A stretch of 61,751 nt of DNA, filler included, from 6 parts of 6 records of this genome joined end to end with filler, not necessarily neighbours in it, one strand, 5' to 3'; shown: positions 1-10,714, counted from the whole stretch's first letter. The notes: a model not told the origin generated them from the letters alone. Numbers and translations: made by a program.

Positions 1-1691
1 TCGCCGGTGAAATGGGCGAAATGCTCGATATCCTCCAGCGTCACCACGCGTGGTGCGGTGCGGATGGTTTCTCCGATCTCCAACTGGTCGAAGCGGCGGG
101 TAAAGGGATGGGCACCCGCGTCGATCTCTGTCGCACCCGGCACCCAGGTGCCACCGATGGCCGACAGAATATCGGGGCTGCCCTGAATGGCGGTGCGCTG
201 CATGTAATGCATCACGCCCCTGACGCCGCCCAGTTCCTCGCCGCCACCGGCACGCCCCGGCCCGCCATGCACCATATGCGGCAAGGGGCTGCCATGGCCG
301 GTGCTTTCCGCCATGCTGTCGCGGTTGTTGAAGTAGAGCCGCCCGTGAAACGCCCCCGATCCAAGCGCCACCTGCCGCGCCACATCCGGGTCATGAGTGA
401 TAACCGAGGCCACCAAAGACCCCTGCCCCCGGTTCGCCAGTTCAATGGCATGCCCCAGATCGCGATAGCCCATGACAGTGCTGACCGGCCCGAAGGCTTC
501 GGTATCATGCACCCGTTCCGCGCTGTCGGGGTCGGCGCAGTAGAACAACATCGGTGGCAGGAAAGCGCCCTTGGAACCGGTCATGCTGAACGCGTCCGGG
601 TCGCCAAAGACCCGCTCGGCCTCGGCCCCGATCAGCGCCGCCTTTTCCAGCACATCTGCCTTATGCGAGGCGCTGACCAGCGCGCCCATGCGCACGCCCT
701 CGTCCTGCGGGTTGCCCACTGTGGTGCTGCCAAGCCGGGCCGACAGCGCGTCAATCAACGCTGGAACGGATCCTTCCGGCGCGATCACCCGGCGAATGGC
801 GGTGCATTTCTGCCCGGCTTTCGTGGTCATCTCGCGCGTGACTTCCTTGACGAACAGGTCAAACTCCGGCGTCCCCGCAACGGCGTCCGGCCCGAGGATC
901 GAGGCGTTCAGACTGTCCTGTTCCGCCACGAAGCGCACCGAATTACTCAGGATCACAGGGTTTGAGCGCAATGCCAAAGCCGTCTGAGCCGATCCGGTGA
1001 AGCTGACCACATCCTGACAGCCAAGCCGGTCGAGCATATCGCCCACCCCGCCCGACACCAATTGCAACGCGCCAGCCGGCAGAACACCACTGTCTAGCAT
1101 GATCCGCACCGCTAACTCTGTGACATAGCAGGTGGCCGTTGCCGGTTTCACAATTGCCGGAACCCCCGCCAACAAAGTTGGAGCCAGCTTCTCAAGCATC
1201 CCCCATACTGGGAAGTTGAACGCATTGATATGCACCGCAACCCCTTGCAAGGGCGTGCAGATGTGCTGGCCCAGAAACGTCCCCGTGCGGCTGAGTTGTT
1301 CGACTTCACCATCCAGATACACATGCCCATCCGGCATGTCCCGCCGCCCCTTGGAAGCAAAGACAAACATCGTGCCGATGCCGCCATCGATATCAATCAG
1401 GTGGTCGGATTGCGTGGCCCCGGTATTAAAGGACAGATCGTAAAGCGCCTGCTTGTGCTTGCCCAATTCCAGCGCCAGCGCCTTCAGCATCCGCGCCCGG
1501 TCGTGAAAGGTCATCGCGCGCAGGGCAGGCCCGCCCACATTGCGCGCGTGATCCAGCATATCCTGCACCGGCAGGGCCGATCCGGCCCGCGCCATCGGCT
1601 CACCCGTTACCGCGCTTGCGATCATCCGCGCATCCGCATCCGGGGCGATCCAAGCGCCGGCGGCAAAGCTGTTGATCTCCAGCAGGCTCAT
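1..1691 (-). CDS. paaZ: Phenylacetate degradation bifunctional protein PaaZ (aldehyde dehydrogenase + MaoC hydratase), 3' end cut by window edge
   Basis: Not in ORF track (no stop in window). Manual translation from ATG at 1691 gives [14 protein letters not shown]...[14 protein letters not shown]...SFTGS...[11 protein letters not shown]...[15 protein letters not shown] (MaoC motif). ATGA overlap with upstream gene stop. Confidence 0.93.
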   Translation of the reverse strand, partial: MSLLEINSFAAGAWIAPDADARMIASAVTGEPMARAGSALPVQDMLDHARNVGGPALRAMTFHDRARMLKALALELGKHKQALYDLSFNTGATQSDHLIDIDGGIGTMFVFASKGRRDMPDGHVYLDGEVEQLSRTGTFLGQHICTPLQGVAVHINAFNFPVWGMLEKLAPTLLAGVPAIVKPATATCYVTELAVRIMLDSGVLPAGALQLVSGGVGDMLDRLGCQDVVSFTGSAQTALALRSNPVILSNSVRFVAEQDSLNASILGPDAVAGTPEFDLFVKEVTREMTTKAGQKCTAIRRVIAPEGSVPALIDALSARLGSTTVGNPQDEGVRMGALVSASHKADVLEKAALIGAEAERVFGDPDAFSMTGSKGAFLPPMLFYCADPDSAERVHDTEAFGPVSTVMGYRDLGHAIELANRGQGSLVASVITHDPDVARQVALGSGAFHGRLYFNNRDSMAESTGHGSPLPHMVHGGPGRAGGGEELGGVRGVMHYMQRTAIQGSPDILSAIGGTWVPGATEIDAGAHPFTRRFDQLEIGETIRTAPRVVTLEDIEHFAHFTG

Positions 1692-3739
1692 TCCATTTCT
1701 CCTTCCAAAGCACGCGCCAGATGATCGGCCATGACCCACGATCCGGGGCTTTCGCCCGCGACCTCTGCCATAACCCGGGCCATTCCGGCCCATCCCACCT
1801 GCGCTGCATAGTGCATCGGCCCACCCCGCCAGCGCGGGAAGCCGTAACCGTGCAGCTTGACCATATCGACCGCCGCGAAATCTTCGGCGATCCCTTCTTC
1901 AACGATCCGCGCGCCCTCATTGGCGTAGACGGCCAACAGCCGGTCGCGGATGTCCTGTTCGGTGTAGTTGCGCCGGGTGATGCCGCGCTTGGCGGAATAC
2001 TCGACGATCAGCGCGTCAACCTCCGCGTCACGTTCCGGCACCCGGCTGCCCTCCGCGTAGGTGTACCAGCCCTTGCCGCTGCGCTGACCAAGGCGGCCCA
2101 TCTCGCACAGCGTATCGGCAATGCGTTCATAGCGTTCCGCCGGATCGCGCGTATCGGCCTGTCGCTTGCGGTTGACCCAGGCGATCTGCAACCCGGTCAG
2201 GTCCTGCAGTTCAAACGGCCCCATCGGCATCCCGAACCCGCGCATCGCGGCATCCACCTCATACGGCAGTGCCCCGTCCGCCAGCAGGTATTCCGCCTCG
2301 CGCCGATAGGCCGACAGCATCCGGTTGCCGATGAACCCGTCGCAAATGCCCGACAGAACCGCGATCTTGCGCAACCGTTTGGACAGCTGAAAGCCCGTGG
2401 CCAGCACATCAGCATCGGTGTCGGGTGTATTCACCACCTCCACCAGTTTCATTACATGCGCGGGCGAGAAGAAATGCAGCCCCAGACAGCGGGCCTTGTT
2501 GGGAATATCCGCGAAGATCTGTTGCGGATCGAGGTAAGAGGTATTGGTGGCAAGGATCGCATCCATTGACACATGCTTTGCCAGGTCCGCGAAGACCGCC
2601 TGTTTGACGGTCAGATCTTCAAACACCGCCTCAACCGCCAGATCAACGCCAGAGGCCGCCGCGTAGTTATCTGCTGCCGCAAACGCAGTCATCTGAGCAT
2701 CATATTGATCTTGAGTGATTTTTCCACGCTTCAACGCCCCTGCAACCAGGCCCTCAACCCGGCCTTGAGCCGCGCTCGCCTCCTCTGCCGAGCGTTCGAT
2801 CAACGTCACCCGCAGCCCGGCTGACAGGCACGAGGCCGCAATCCCCGCGCCCATCAACCCGCCGCCCACCACGGCCACATGGGCAATCTCGCGCGGGGTT
2901 GCGCCTTCGATGGCCTTGGGTTTCATAACCTGGCGTTCCGCAAAAAACGCGTGGCGCAACGCGCGGCTTTCGGCCCCGGCGCGCATCTCCAGATGGCGGG
3001 CGCGTTCCATCGGCTGGCCTTTTGCGAACGGCAACGCCGCCCATTGCAGCGCTTCCAGGTTCAATAAGGGAGCCTGCTGTCCTTTCGCGCGCTTGGCGAT
3101 CTCTGCGCGCGCGCCCTTCAGCGCGTCTGCATCAAGGGCCGCACAGTCTCGCTGACTGACTGCAATCGGACGCTCCGGCAGATTTGCCGCGAGGGAACGG
3201 GCGGCGGCCTCAAGATCGTCAACGATTCTGTCGAGGCCACCAAGCGCGAGCATCTCCTCGGCCCCATACATCCGACCCTTGCAAGCCATCTCGATCGCTG
3301 CGCTCATTCCGACCAGACGCGGTGCCCGCTGCGTGCCACCCGCCCCGGGGATGATCCCCACATTGACCTCCGGCAGCCCGAATTTCGTTCCCGGCGCGGC
3401 GAAACGCCAGGCGCAGCCCATGGCAATCTCGAACCCGCCACCCAACACAATGCCATGCATCAGCGCCAGAAACGGCACCTCACTGTCCTCGATCATCTGC
3501 ACCACATCGGGCAGATGGGGCAGAGCCGCAGGCCCGTCAAATTCAGACATATCCCCGCCCGCAACAAAGGTCCGCCCCGCGCATGTCAGCACCGCCAGAC
3601 GCGCGCCCTTGACGGCCTCAACCGCCGCTTCCAACCCAGCGCGCACCGCCTGTGACGTTGCATTCACCGGCGGGCTGTCGATGGTGACCCACGCAATATC
3701 CCCGTCTTTTCTGACAGTTACCGGGGTTTTAATAGTCAT
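1688..3739 (-). CDS. Fused enoyl-CoA hydratase / 3-hydroxyacyl-CoA dehydrogenase (PaaF/PaaH-equivalent)
   Basis: 683 aa. Crotonase motifs (FVAGGD, LGGGFE, GLPEVNVGIIPGAGGTQR), then GGGLMGAGIA NAD fold, EAVFED, TNTS, GLHFFSPA, GFIGNR. Confidence 0.92.
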   Translation of the reverse strand: MTIKTPVTVRKDGDIAWVTIDSPPVNATSQAVRAGLEAAVEAVKGARLAVLTCAGRTFVAGGDMSEFDGPAALPHLPDVVQMIEDSEVPFLALMHGIVLGGGFEIAMGCAWRFAAPGTKFGLPEVNVGIIPGAGGTQRAPRLVGMSAAIEMACKGRMYGAEEMLALGGLDRIVDDLEAAARSLAANLPERPIAVSQRDCAALDADALKGARAEIAKRAKGQQAPLLNLEALQWAALPFAKGQPMERARHLEMRAGAESRALRHAFFAERQVMKPKAIEGATPREIAHVAVVGGGLMGAGIAASCLSAGLRVTLIERSAEEASAAQGRVEGLVAGALKRGKITQDQYDAQMTAFAAADNYAAASGVDLAVEAVFEDLTVKQAVFADLAKHVSMDAILATNTSYLDPQQIFADIPNKARCLGLHFFSPAHVMKLVEVVNTPDTDADVLATGFQLSKRLRKIAVLSGICDGFIGNRMLSAYRREAEYLLADGALPYEVDAAMRGFGMPMGPFELQDLTGLQIAWVNRKRQADTRDPAERYERIADTLCEMGRLGQRSGKGWYTYAEGSRVPERDAEVDALIVEYSAKRGITRRNYTEQDIRDRLLAVYANEGARIVEEGIAEDFAAVDMVKLHGYGFPRWRGGPMHYAAQVGWAGMARVMAEVAGESPGSWVMADHLARALEGEME

Positions 3740-3778
3740 CGCGGCGATCCTTCCCTCTCGGCGTTGCGGAATTTATTG

Positions 3779-3796
3779 ACCAACCGTTCGGTTTAT
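3779..3796. promoter_or_regulatory. Putative PaaR (TetR) operator in the divergent promoter of hydratase/paaZ and paaG
   Basis: ACCAACCGTTCGGTTTAT with core palindrome AACCG-NN-CGGTT. Resembles the ACCNACCG-NN-CGGTNGGT PaaR box and overlaps TTGACC (-35-like). Confidence 0.65.
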
Positions 3797-3832
3797 GCAA
3801 GAGATTCCTGAGCGAGGGAGGACAGGCCGCAA

Positions 3833-4618
3833 ATGAGCGATACGGTATTGGTGACGGACCATGGCAACTGGCGTGAAATCACGCTCAACCGCCCCGACCG
3901 GCTGAACAGTTTCAATGAGGATATGCACCTTGCGCTGCGGGCAGCCCTGACAGAGGCGCGAGACGCCGGGGTACGCGCCATCCTGCTGACCGGATCTGGC
4001 CGAGGCTTTTGCGCCGGGCAGGATCTGGGCGACCGTGACCCCTCCAAAATGGATGGCCCGCCCGACCTTGGCCAAACGGTCCGCACCTTCTATGCCCCGC
4101 TTGTCCGGCTGATCCGCGACATGCGCCTGCCGGTTGTCTGCGCCGTGAACGGCGTGGCGGCGGGGGCTGGTGTCAGCCTCGCGCTGGCCTGCGATATCGT
4201 GCTTGCCTCTGATGGCGCAAAGTTCATCCAGGCCTTCAGCAAGGTTGGCCTTGTTCCCGACACCGGCGGCAGCTGGCACCTGCCCCGACTGTTGGGAGAA
4301 GCCCGCGCCAAAGCGCTCGCCATGACGGCAGAGCCCCTGCCCGCCCAGACCGCCGCCGATTGGGGCCTGATTTGGCGCACCCATCCCGATGACCAACTGA
4401 TGCAAGAGGCCCGCGCGCTGACCGCCAAGTTGGCCGATGGCCCGACGCTTGGCCTTGGCCTGACGAAGGAGTGCATTCAGGCGGCTGCCACCAACTCACT
4501 GTCAGACCAACTCGACCTGGAAGCGGACGCCATGAAAACATGCGGTGAAAGCGCCGATTATGCGGAAGGCGTCAGCGCCTTCCTGTCGAAACGCCAGCCG
4601 GAGTTCAAAGGCCGATGA
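3833..4618 (+). CDS. paaG: 2-(1,2-epoxy-1,2-dihydrophenyl)acetyl-CoA isomerase PaaG
   Basis: Crotonase fold (LNRPDRLNSF, GFCAGQDL, GLVPDTGGSW) inside paa cluster. Confidence 0.92.
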   Translation: MSDTVLVTDHGNWREITLNRPDRLNSFNEDMHLALRAALTEARDAGVRAILLTGSGRGFCAGQDLGDRDPSKMDGPPDLGQTVRTFYAPLVRLIRDMRLPVVCAVNGVAAGAGVSLALACDIVLASDGAKFIQAFSKVGLVPDTGGSWHLPRLLGEARAKALAMTAEPLPAQTAADWGLIWRTHPDDQLMQEARALTAKLADGPTLGLGLTKECIQAAATNSLSDQLDLEADAMKTCGESADYAEGVSAFLSKRQPEFKGR

Positions 4619-5040
4619 CCCCCGAAACCCGCGCCCGGAAAAGCGCCGCGGCCATGTGGGCCGACGACAATGCCTCCCCTTGGTTCGGGATGGAGATCGT
4701 GGAAGTGACCGAAGGCCGCGCCACGCTGGCCCTGACCGTTCAGCCCCACCACGCCAACGGCCACGGCATCTGCCACGGCGGCGTCACCTTTTCGCTGGCC
4801 GACAGCGCCTTCGCCTTCGCCTGCAACAGCCGCAACCAGAACACGGTCGCGCAGTCGAACACCATCACCTATGTCGCGCCGGGCCGCATTGGCGACCGGC
4901 TGACCGCCACCGCGCAGGAAATCAGCCTGACGGGCCGCAGTGGCATCTACGACGTGACCGTGACCAATCAGGACGGCACCGTGATCGCAGAATTTCGGGG
5001 AAATTCCCGCGCGATCCGTGGCAAGTTGTTCGAGGAGTAA
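4615..5040 (+). CDS. paaI: Phenylacetyl-CoA thioesterase PaaI
   Basis: Hotdog motif NGHGICHGGVTFSLADSAFAFACNS. Confidence 0.93.
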   Translation: MTPETRARKSAAAMWADDNASPWFGMEIVEVTEGRATLALTVQPHHANGHGICHGGVTFSLADSAFAFACNSRNQNTVAQSNTITYVAPGRIGDRLTATAQEISLTGRSGIYDVTVTNQDGTVIAEFRGNSRAIRGKLFEE

Positions 5041-5046
5041 ACCGAC

Positions 5047-6357
5047 ATGAAAGACCTCAGCCCCCGCAAGGAAGAGCTTGACCCGATTGAAATCGCGTCA
5101 CTGGATGAAATCCGTGCCCTGCAGCTTGATCGCCTGAAATGGTCGCTCCGCCATGCCTATGACAACGTGCCGATGTATCGCCAGCGGTTTGATGCTGCGG
5201 GCGTTCATCCTGATGATCTGAAACAGCTTTCCGACCTTGGCAAGTTTCCGTTCACCTACAAGACGGACCTGCGCGACAACTATCCCTTTGGCCTTTTCGC
5301 CGTGCCGCGCGATCAGATCAGCCGCGTCCATGCGTCCTCTGGCACCACCGGGAAACCCACTGTCGTAGGCTACACGAAAAACGACATCAGCAACTGGGCG
5401 GACCTTGTGGCACGCTCCATGCGCGCCGCTGGCACCCGCGCGGGCGACATCGTGCATGTGGCCTATGGCTATGGCCTCTTCACCGGCGGGCTCGGTGCCC
5501 ATTACGGGGCCGAACGGCTTGGCGCGACGGTGGTTCCGGTGTCGGGCGGCATGACCGAACGGCAGGTCACTCTGATCAACGATTTCAAGCCAACCACCAT
5601 CATGGTCACGCCCTCCTACATGCTCAATATCCTCGAACAGTTCCACAAGATGGGCCTCGATCCGAGAGAGAGCAGTCTTGAGGTCGGCATTTTCGGGGCC
5701 GAGCCCTGGACCGACGCCATGCGCAAAGAGGTTGAACAGGCCTTCGATATGCATGCCGTTGATATTTATGGATTATCCGAGATCATGGGACCGGGCGTCG
5801 CCAATGAATGCGTGGAAACCAAGGATGGCCCGGTGATCTGGGAGGATCATTTCCTGCCCGAAATCATCCACCCCGAAACGGGAGAGGTGCTGCCCGATGG
5901 CGAACTTGGCGAACTGGTGTTCACCACGCTGACCAAGGAAGGCCTGCCGATGATTCGTTACCGCACCCGCGACCTGACGCGGCTTCTGCCGGGCACCGCG
6001 CGGTCCATGCGGCGGATGGAAAAGATCACCGGACGCTCTGACGACATGATGATCCTGCGCGGCGTCAATGTCTTCCCCACCCAGATCGAGGAACAGTTGA
6101 TGGCGACCGGCGGCCTCGCGCCCCATTTCCAGATCGAACTGTATACAGCGGGCCGGATGGACGCGATGCGCGTGCATGTGGAAGCCATGCCCGACGCCAC
6201 CGACGAGCTGTCCAAAACCGCCGCCTCGCGGATGCTGTCCAAGCGGGTGAAAGACATCGTCGGCATCTCGATCGAGGTGAATGTGGGTGACCCCGGCGCC
6301 GTGCCCCGCAGCGAAGGCAAGGCCAAGCGCGTCGTCGACAACCGCGAGAAAGGATAA
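5047..6357 (+). CDS. paaK: Phenylacetate-CoA ligase PaaK
   Basis: HASSGTTGKPT, YGYGLFTGGLG, DIYGLSE, RYRTRD, GRSDDM. Confidence 0.96.
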   Translation: MKDLSPRKEELDPIEIASLDEIRALQLDRLKWSLRHAYDNVPMYRQRFDAAGVHPDDLKQLSDLGKFPFTYKTDLRDNYPFGLFAVPRDQISRVHASSGTTGKPTVVGYTKNDISNWADLVARSMRAAGTRAGDIVHVAYGYGLFTGGLGAHYGAERLGATVVPVSGGMTERQVTLINDFKPTTIMVTPSYMLNILEQFHKMGLDPRESSLEVGIFGAEPWTDAMRKEVEQAFDMHAVDIYGLSEIMGPGVANECVETKDGPVIWEDHFLPEIIHPETGEVLPDGELGELVFTTLTKEGLPMIRYRTRDLTRLLPGTARSMRRMEKITGRSDDMMILRGVNVFPTQIEEQLMATGGLAPHFQIELYTAGRMDAMRVHVEAMPDATDELSKTAASRMLSKRVKDIVGISIEVNVGDPGAVPRSEGKAKRVVDNREKG

Positions 6358-6360
6358 GCC

Positions 6361-6957
6361 TTGGCACGGACAATCGCGAAAGACCACGACCAGAAGCGGG
6401 AACAGATCCTGCAATCGGCCGCCAAGATCTTCGCCACCGAGGGGTTTGACCGGTCCTCGATGGCGCAGTTGGCCAAGGAATGCGGGATCTCGAAGGCGAA
6501 CATCTACCACTACTACGACAGCAAGGACGCGATCCTGTTCGACATTCTCGACAGCTACCTGTCAGACCTGCGCGACCTGATCCTTGCCACCGATGTGGAG
6601 GGCCTGTCGCCCGAAGACCGCTTGCGCCGGGTGATCCGCGACGTGCTGCGCGCCTACCAGGGCTCGGATTACGAACATCAGGTTCAGCTTAACGCGCTTG
6701 GTGCCCTGCCAGAGGATCAGCAGGACCGCATGCGCGCCTATCAACGAGACATGGTGCGCTACCTGTCCGACTGCATCCGCGCGGCGGCCCCGCAGGTTTT
6801 CGGTGATGACCGGGCCAAGCTGCGCGCGGTCACCATGTCGGTCTTTGGTATGCTGAACTGGTATTACATGTGGAATGGCGGCGCGGCACCTCAGGCCCGT
6901 GACGACTATGCCACGCTGGTCGCGGACCTGACACTCAAGGGGCTGCCCGGCATCTGA
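6361..6957 (+). CDS. paaR: TetR-family regulator (PaaR-like)
   Basis: N-terminal TetR HTH (ILQSAAKIFATEGF...GISKANIYHYYDSKDAIL) directly after paaK; TTG start. Confidence 0.8.
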   Translation: MARTIAKDHDQKREQILQSAAKIFATEGFDRSSMAQLAKECGISKANIYHYYDSKDAILFDILDSYLSDLRDLILATDVEGLSPEDRLRRVIRDVLRAYQGSDYEHQVQLNALGALPEDQQDRMRAYQRDMVRYLSDCIRAAAPQVFGDDRAKLRAVTMSVFGMLNWYYMWNGGAAPQARDDYATLVADLTLKGLPGI

Positions 6958-7037
6958 GGGCTTGCGAGAGGCGACCGCTTCGGGGCACTCTCGCCCGAGC
7001 CCCGCGGGGCCGCCCACCCCTCCAGTCAGGAGCTTCC

Positions 7038-7934
7038 ATGCCCCGCTTGCAAGAGATCGCCCATCAGCAAGGGCCGGCCGCAATCGGTCTGGCCGTTGGC
7101 GCAGCGTTCTGGGGTCTGTTGTGGGTTCCGATCCGCGCGATGGAACAGGCGGGGCTGCCCGGGGCATGGCCGGGTTTCGTCTTCTATTGTTGCGCCGTCG
7201 CATTGATGGTGCCGGTGCTGATCTTCCTAAAGTCGCGCCCCCTCGCCCATCTCGCGGTGCTCATTCCCTGCGGCCTTCTGACCGGGGCCGCCTTCAGCCT
7301 CTATTCCTCCAGTCTGGTGCTGACCGATGTGGTCCGGGCCGTGCTGCTCTTCTACCTCTCCCCGATCTGGAGCACTCTTCTGGGGCTGATCTTCCTGGGC
7401 GAACGCCTGACGCCTGCCCGCATGACAGCGCTGGTTCTGGGCCTGGCCGGGCTTGGCGTGATCATGGGCGGAGGCGCTTGGTCACATGGGCCCAATCTGG
7501 GCGATGTCCTTGCGCTGCTGTCGGGTATCTGCTGGGCGTTCGGGTCGTTCTTCCTGTTTCGCGCCGGGGCCGTCGCCGTGGCCGAGCAGGTGTTTTCCTT
7601 CGTCTTCGGGGCCTTCATCTTCTCTGGCCTGTTTTTGCTGCTGTGGGGATCAAGTTTCGGTGGGGCCTTCACCGGGCAGGACCTGCGCGCCGCAGCCCCT
7701 TGGGCCATAATCACCGGGATCCTCGCCCTGCCGATGCTGTTCCTTACCATCTGGCCCGCCACCATACTGCCCCCGGCACGGGTGGGGCTGTTGATGATGG
7801 GTGAAATCGTCGTGGGGGTGACGACCGCCGCGATCTGGTCCGGCGACCCCTTCGGATGGCGCGAGGCTGTGGGATGCCTGATGATCGCCAGTGCGGGGTT
7901 TGTCGAGGTTCTGGGGCACAGATCGCGCCTGTGA
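7038..7934 (+). CDS. DMT/EamA family transporter
   Basis: 298 aa hydrophobic, two EamA repeats (LLFYLSPIWSTLLG...LGERLT). Confidence 0.85.
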   Translation: MPRLQEIAHQQGPAAIGLAVGAAFWGLLWVPIRAMEQAGLPGAWPGFVFYCCAVALMVPVLIFLKSRPLAHLAVLIPCGLLTGAAFSLYSSSLVLTDVVRAVLLFYLSPIWSTLLGLIFLGERLTPARMTALVLGLAGLGVIMGGGAWSHGPNLGDVLALLSGICWAFGSFFLFRAGAVAVAEQVFSFVFGAFIFSGLFLLLWGSSFGGAFTGQDLRAAAPWAIITGILALPMLFLTIWPATILPPARVGLLMMGEIVVGVTTAAIWSGDPFGWREAVGCLMIASAGFVEVLGHRSRL

Positions 7935-8023
7935 CCCGCCTCGTGACAGGTTTTTGATCAAATTGCGACTTCATGCACATCTGATGTCTTCTGTATTCAG
8001 CAAAGCTACAGTATATAGCATCA

Positions 8024-8869
8024 ATGCCTACACCGAGCCTGAACATGTTTCGCGCCTTTGACGCTGTGGTTCGCCACGGCACTCTAAGCGCTGCCGCGCG
8101 GGAACTTCAGGTCACAGTCGGAGCAGTATCACAACAAATCAATCAGTTAGAATACTCTCTTGAAGCAAAGCTTTTCGAGCGGCATCGCCGCGGCCTGCGG
8201 TTGACCGAGGCCGGCAAGCGCCTGCACTCGCCGGTTGGCCACGCAATGGAGTTGATTCATCAGGGTATAGCTAAACTACAGTCAGTCTCAGAGCTGGTTT
8301 CCCTCTCCCTCAGCCCCTCATTGGCCTCCAGATGGTTGATTCCGCGCCTGTCTGCATGGGCCGAGGCACAGCCGGAGATTGATCTCCATATCCACACCAC
8401 GCAGGCCCCTGACCAGACTGACGCAGAGTTCATTCTGCATCTCGGCCCGGCCCCTGCCACGAAGGGCAGAGAGGTCGAACTTCTGTCTCTCATGCCGCTT
8501 GTCGCCGTTACCGGCCCCATGCTGATCGCCCGCGCGCCGGTGATCGCGCGCGAAAGCTTCTTCGCGCAATACACGTTGATCGAGGATGCGAGCCGCCCTT
8601 GGGCCAATTGGCTGGCGCAAAGCGGTACAGCTTTCCAATCACATCAGGTGGCTCAAACCGCCCTTGCGCTCGACGCGGCGGAGGCGGGCGAAGGGATCGC
8701 CCTTGTCCCCGGCATCATGGCAAAAGACGCCCTTGCCAACGGGCGACTGATACAGCTCAGGGATTTTCCGCCTGAACCGGGCCACGGGCTGTATCTGATC
8801 CGCCCCGCCAACACGCCCGCCAGCAAGGCAAGACGCATTGTCGAGGACTGGATCCGCAGCGCCGTTTAG
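8024..8869 (+). CDS. LysR-family regulator (GcvA-like)
   Basis: PSLNMFRAFDAVVRHGTLSAAARELQVTVGAVSQQI HTH; SLASRWLIPRL. Confidence 0.88.
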   Translation: MPTPSLNMFRAFDAVVRHGTLSAAARELQVTVGAVSQQINQLEYSLEAKLFERHRRGLRLTEAGKRLHSPVGHAMELIHQGIAKLQSVSELVSLSLSPSLASRWLIPRLSAWAEAQPEIDLHIHTTQAPDQTDAEFILHLGPAPATKGREVELLSLMPLVAVTGPMLIARAPVIARESFFAQYTLIEDASRPWANWLAQSGTAFQSHQVAQTALALDAAEAGEGIALVPGIMAKDALANGRLIQLRDFPPEPGHGLYLIRPANTPASKARRIVEDWIRSAV

Positions 8870-9618
8870 GCCGCGCTCAGGCCCACGCGTGTCAGCGCCG
8901 CAGACGCCTCTGCCTGCCAGCGCGAAAACAGCTCGTCGCGCGATGCATGGCGCAGCCCCATGGCGCGCAACTGGTCGAACCGGGCCACATCCCCAGGGCC
9001 GAAACTCGCCGCCACACGCGGCCACCAATAGCCGACAGAGGCTTGCAGCGCCTCTGCCTGCCCTTCGGACACAAGCCGTTCAAGCCCCTCCTCGGCCAGT
9101 TCCGCATGGCGCAGTTCCACCGGGGCAACCGAACGGAACGCCTCGGCCAGCGGCTGATAGCTGACCATCTGCATATCTGCCAGTTGCGCCACCACCGCGC
9201 GGCCCATCAGCAGGTTCATCACCACCGCATCGCCCCAGCCATCCAGCGGATAGTTGAAGACCGCGAGCCGCATGTCATGTTCGCTGCGCGTCGCGCCGAT
9301 ATCGGCATCCCGGTCCAGCCGCGCCACCCACGGGTGGTGGTTGGCATAGCGCGCCGTATCCACTCCGAACTCGCCCATGACGGCCAAAACCTTGTCGGCA
9401 TGGTCGGTCTTTTCCAACACGATCCGGGCCGCCGCAATCCGTTCCTTGATGCCGGGGCCCGCGTTGATCACATCGGCAAAGCCGGCAGCCCCCGCCAGTT
9501 CGCTATCCACGAAGCTTGCCATCAGCTTCATCAGCTCCGCCCGGTAGCGCGGCGGCACATTGGCGGGGCTGGTCAGCACACCGCCCTGCGCCAGATAGTC
9601 CTCGATCTTCATCTCCAT
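8866..9618 (-). CDS. PaaA/PaaC-like ferritin-fold phenylacetate catabolic protein (extra epoxidase-subunit paralog)
   Basis: 250 aa directly after paaE. DSE, EKTDH and VELRH align with di-iron ligand positions of PaaA; WWPRVAASFG mirrors Paa[10 protein letters not shown]. Confidence 0.72.
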   Translation of the reverse strand: MEMKIEDYLAQGGVLTSPANVPPRYRAELMKLMASFVDSELAGAAGFADVINAGPGIKERIAAARIVLEKTDHADKVLAVMGEFGVDTARYANHHPWVARLDRDADIGATRSEHDMRLAVFNYPLDGWGDAVVMNLLMGRAVVAQLADMQMVSYQPLAEAFRSVAPVELRHAELAEEGLERLVSEGQAEALQASVGYWWPRVAASFGPGDVARFDQLRAMGLRHASRDELFSRWQAEASAALTRVGLSAA

Positions 9619-9630
9619 GTCCGGCGCTCC

Positions 9631-10701
9631 TTACTGGTCAAAATCCACGACCACACGGTCGGTGACGGGATAGGACTGGCAGGACAGGACATAGCCCTTG
9701 GCGACCTCGTAATCCTCCAGCGCGTGGTTGGCGATCATCTCGACCTCGCCTTCCAGAACCCGGCAACGGCAGGTGGAACAGACCCCCGCCTTGCAGGCAT
9801 AAGGCGCGTCCATGGCGTTTTCCAGCGCCGCATCCAGCACGCTGATGTCCTTACCAACAGTGAGCGACCGGGTGGATCCATCGAGCGTCACCGACAAAGC
9901 CGCCTGATTGGCAGCACTTCCCGCATCCTTGGACACGACACGCTGCGCCAGCCGTCCGGGTTGGGCCGAGGCGAAAAGCTCGAACTTGATCTGCGCGTCG
10001 TTCAGCCCATGCGCCCGCAGCGCCTTGGCGATCCCCAGCATCATCGGCTCCGGCCCGCAGATGAAGGCGGTGTCAACGCTGTCGATATCCACCCAGCCCG
10101 TGCGCACCAGTTGCGCCACCTTGTCCTCGGTCACGAGGCCCGTGAACAGGTCAATCTCCTGCGCGTCCGCTTCCAACACGTGGATCACGTTGAACCGGCC
10201 CATATAGAGGTTCTTGAGATCCTCCAGTTCCTCGCGGAACATGATCGTGTTCACGCCCTTGTTGGCATAGACCAGCGTAAAGCTGGACCGGGGTTCCGTG
10301 GCCAGCGCGGTCTTGATGATCGACAGCACCGGGGTAATCCCCGACCCGCCCGCAAAGCCCAGGTAGTGACGCGCCTGAGACGCATCCAGTGCCGTGTGAA
10401 AGCCCCCCATCGGCGGCATCGCCTCCAGCGTATCGCCCACCTTCAGATCCTCATTGGCCCAGGTGGAAAACGCCCCGCCATCGACGCGTTTGATGCCCAC
10501 TTGCAGGATGCCCTCCTGCCGGCCCGCGCAGATCGAGTAACTGCGCCGCAACTCCTCGCCGTCGAATGCGTGGCGGAAGGTCAGGTATTGGCCTTGGATG
10601 AAGTCGAACGCCTCGGCGTCCTTTGGCTGCAACGTCACGACAACGGCGTCGCGGATGGTCTTGTGAACGTCAGTTACGGTGAGCTCGTGAAAGCGCGCCA
10701 T
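9631..10701 (-). CDS. paaE: Phenylacetyl-CoA epoxidase reductase PaaE
   Basis: Start reset to MARFHELTV (10701). RRSYSIC, AGGSGITP, FICGP and 2Fe-2S CKAGVCSTCRC...LSC. Confidence 0.94.
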   Translation of the reverse strand: MARFHELTVTDVHKTIRDAVVVTLQPKDAEAFDFIQGQYLTFRHAFDGEELRRSYSICAGRQEGILQVGIKRVDGGAFSTWANEDLKVGDTLEAMPPMGGFHTALDASQARHYLGFAGGSGITPVLSIIKTALATEPRSSFTLVYANKGVNTIMFREELEDLKNLYMGRFNVIHVLEADAQEIDLFTGLVTEDKVAQLVRTGWVDIDSVDTAFICGPEPMMLGIAKALRAHGLNDAQIKFELFASAQPGRLAQRVVSKDAGSAANQAALSVTLDGSTRSLTVGKDISVLDAALENAMDAPYACKAGVCSTCRCRVLEGEVEMIANHALEDYEVAKGYVLSCQSYPVTDRVVVDFDQ

Positions 10702-10714
10702 GGGGTCTCCTCCC

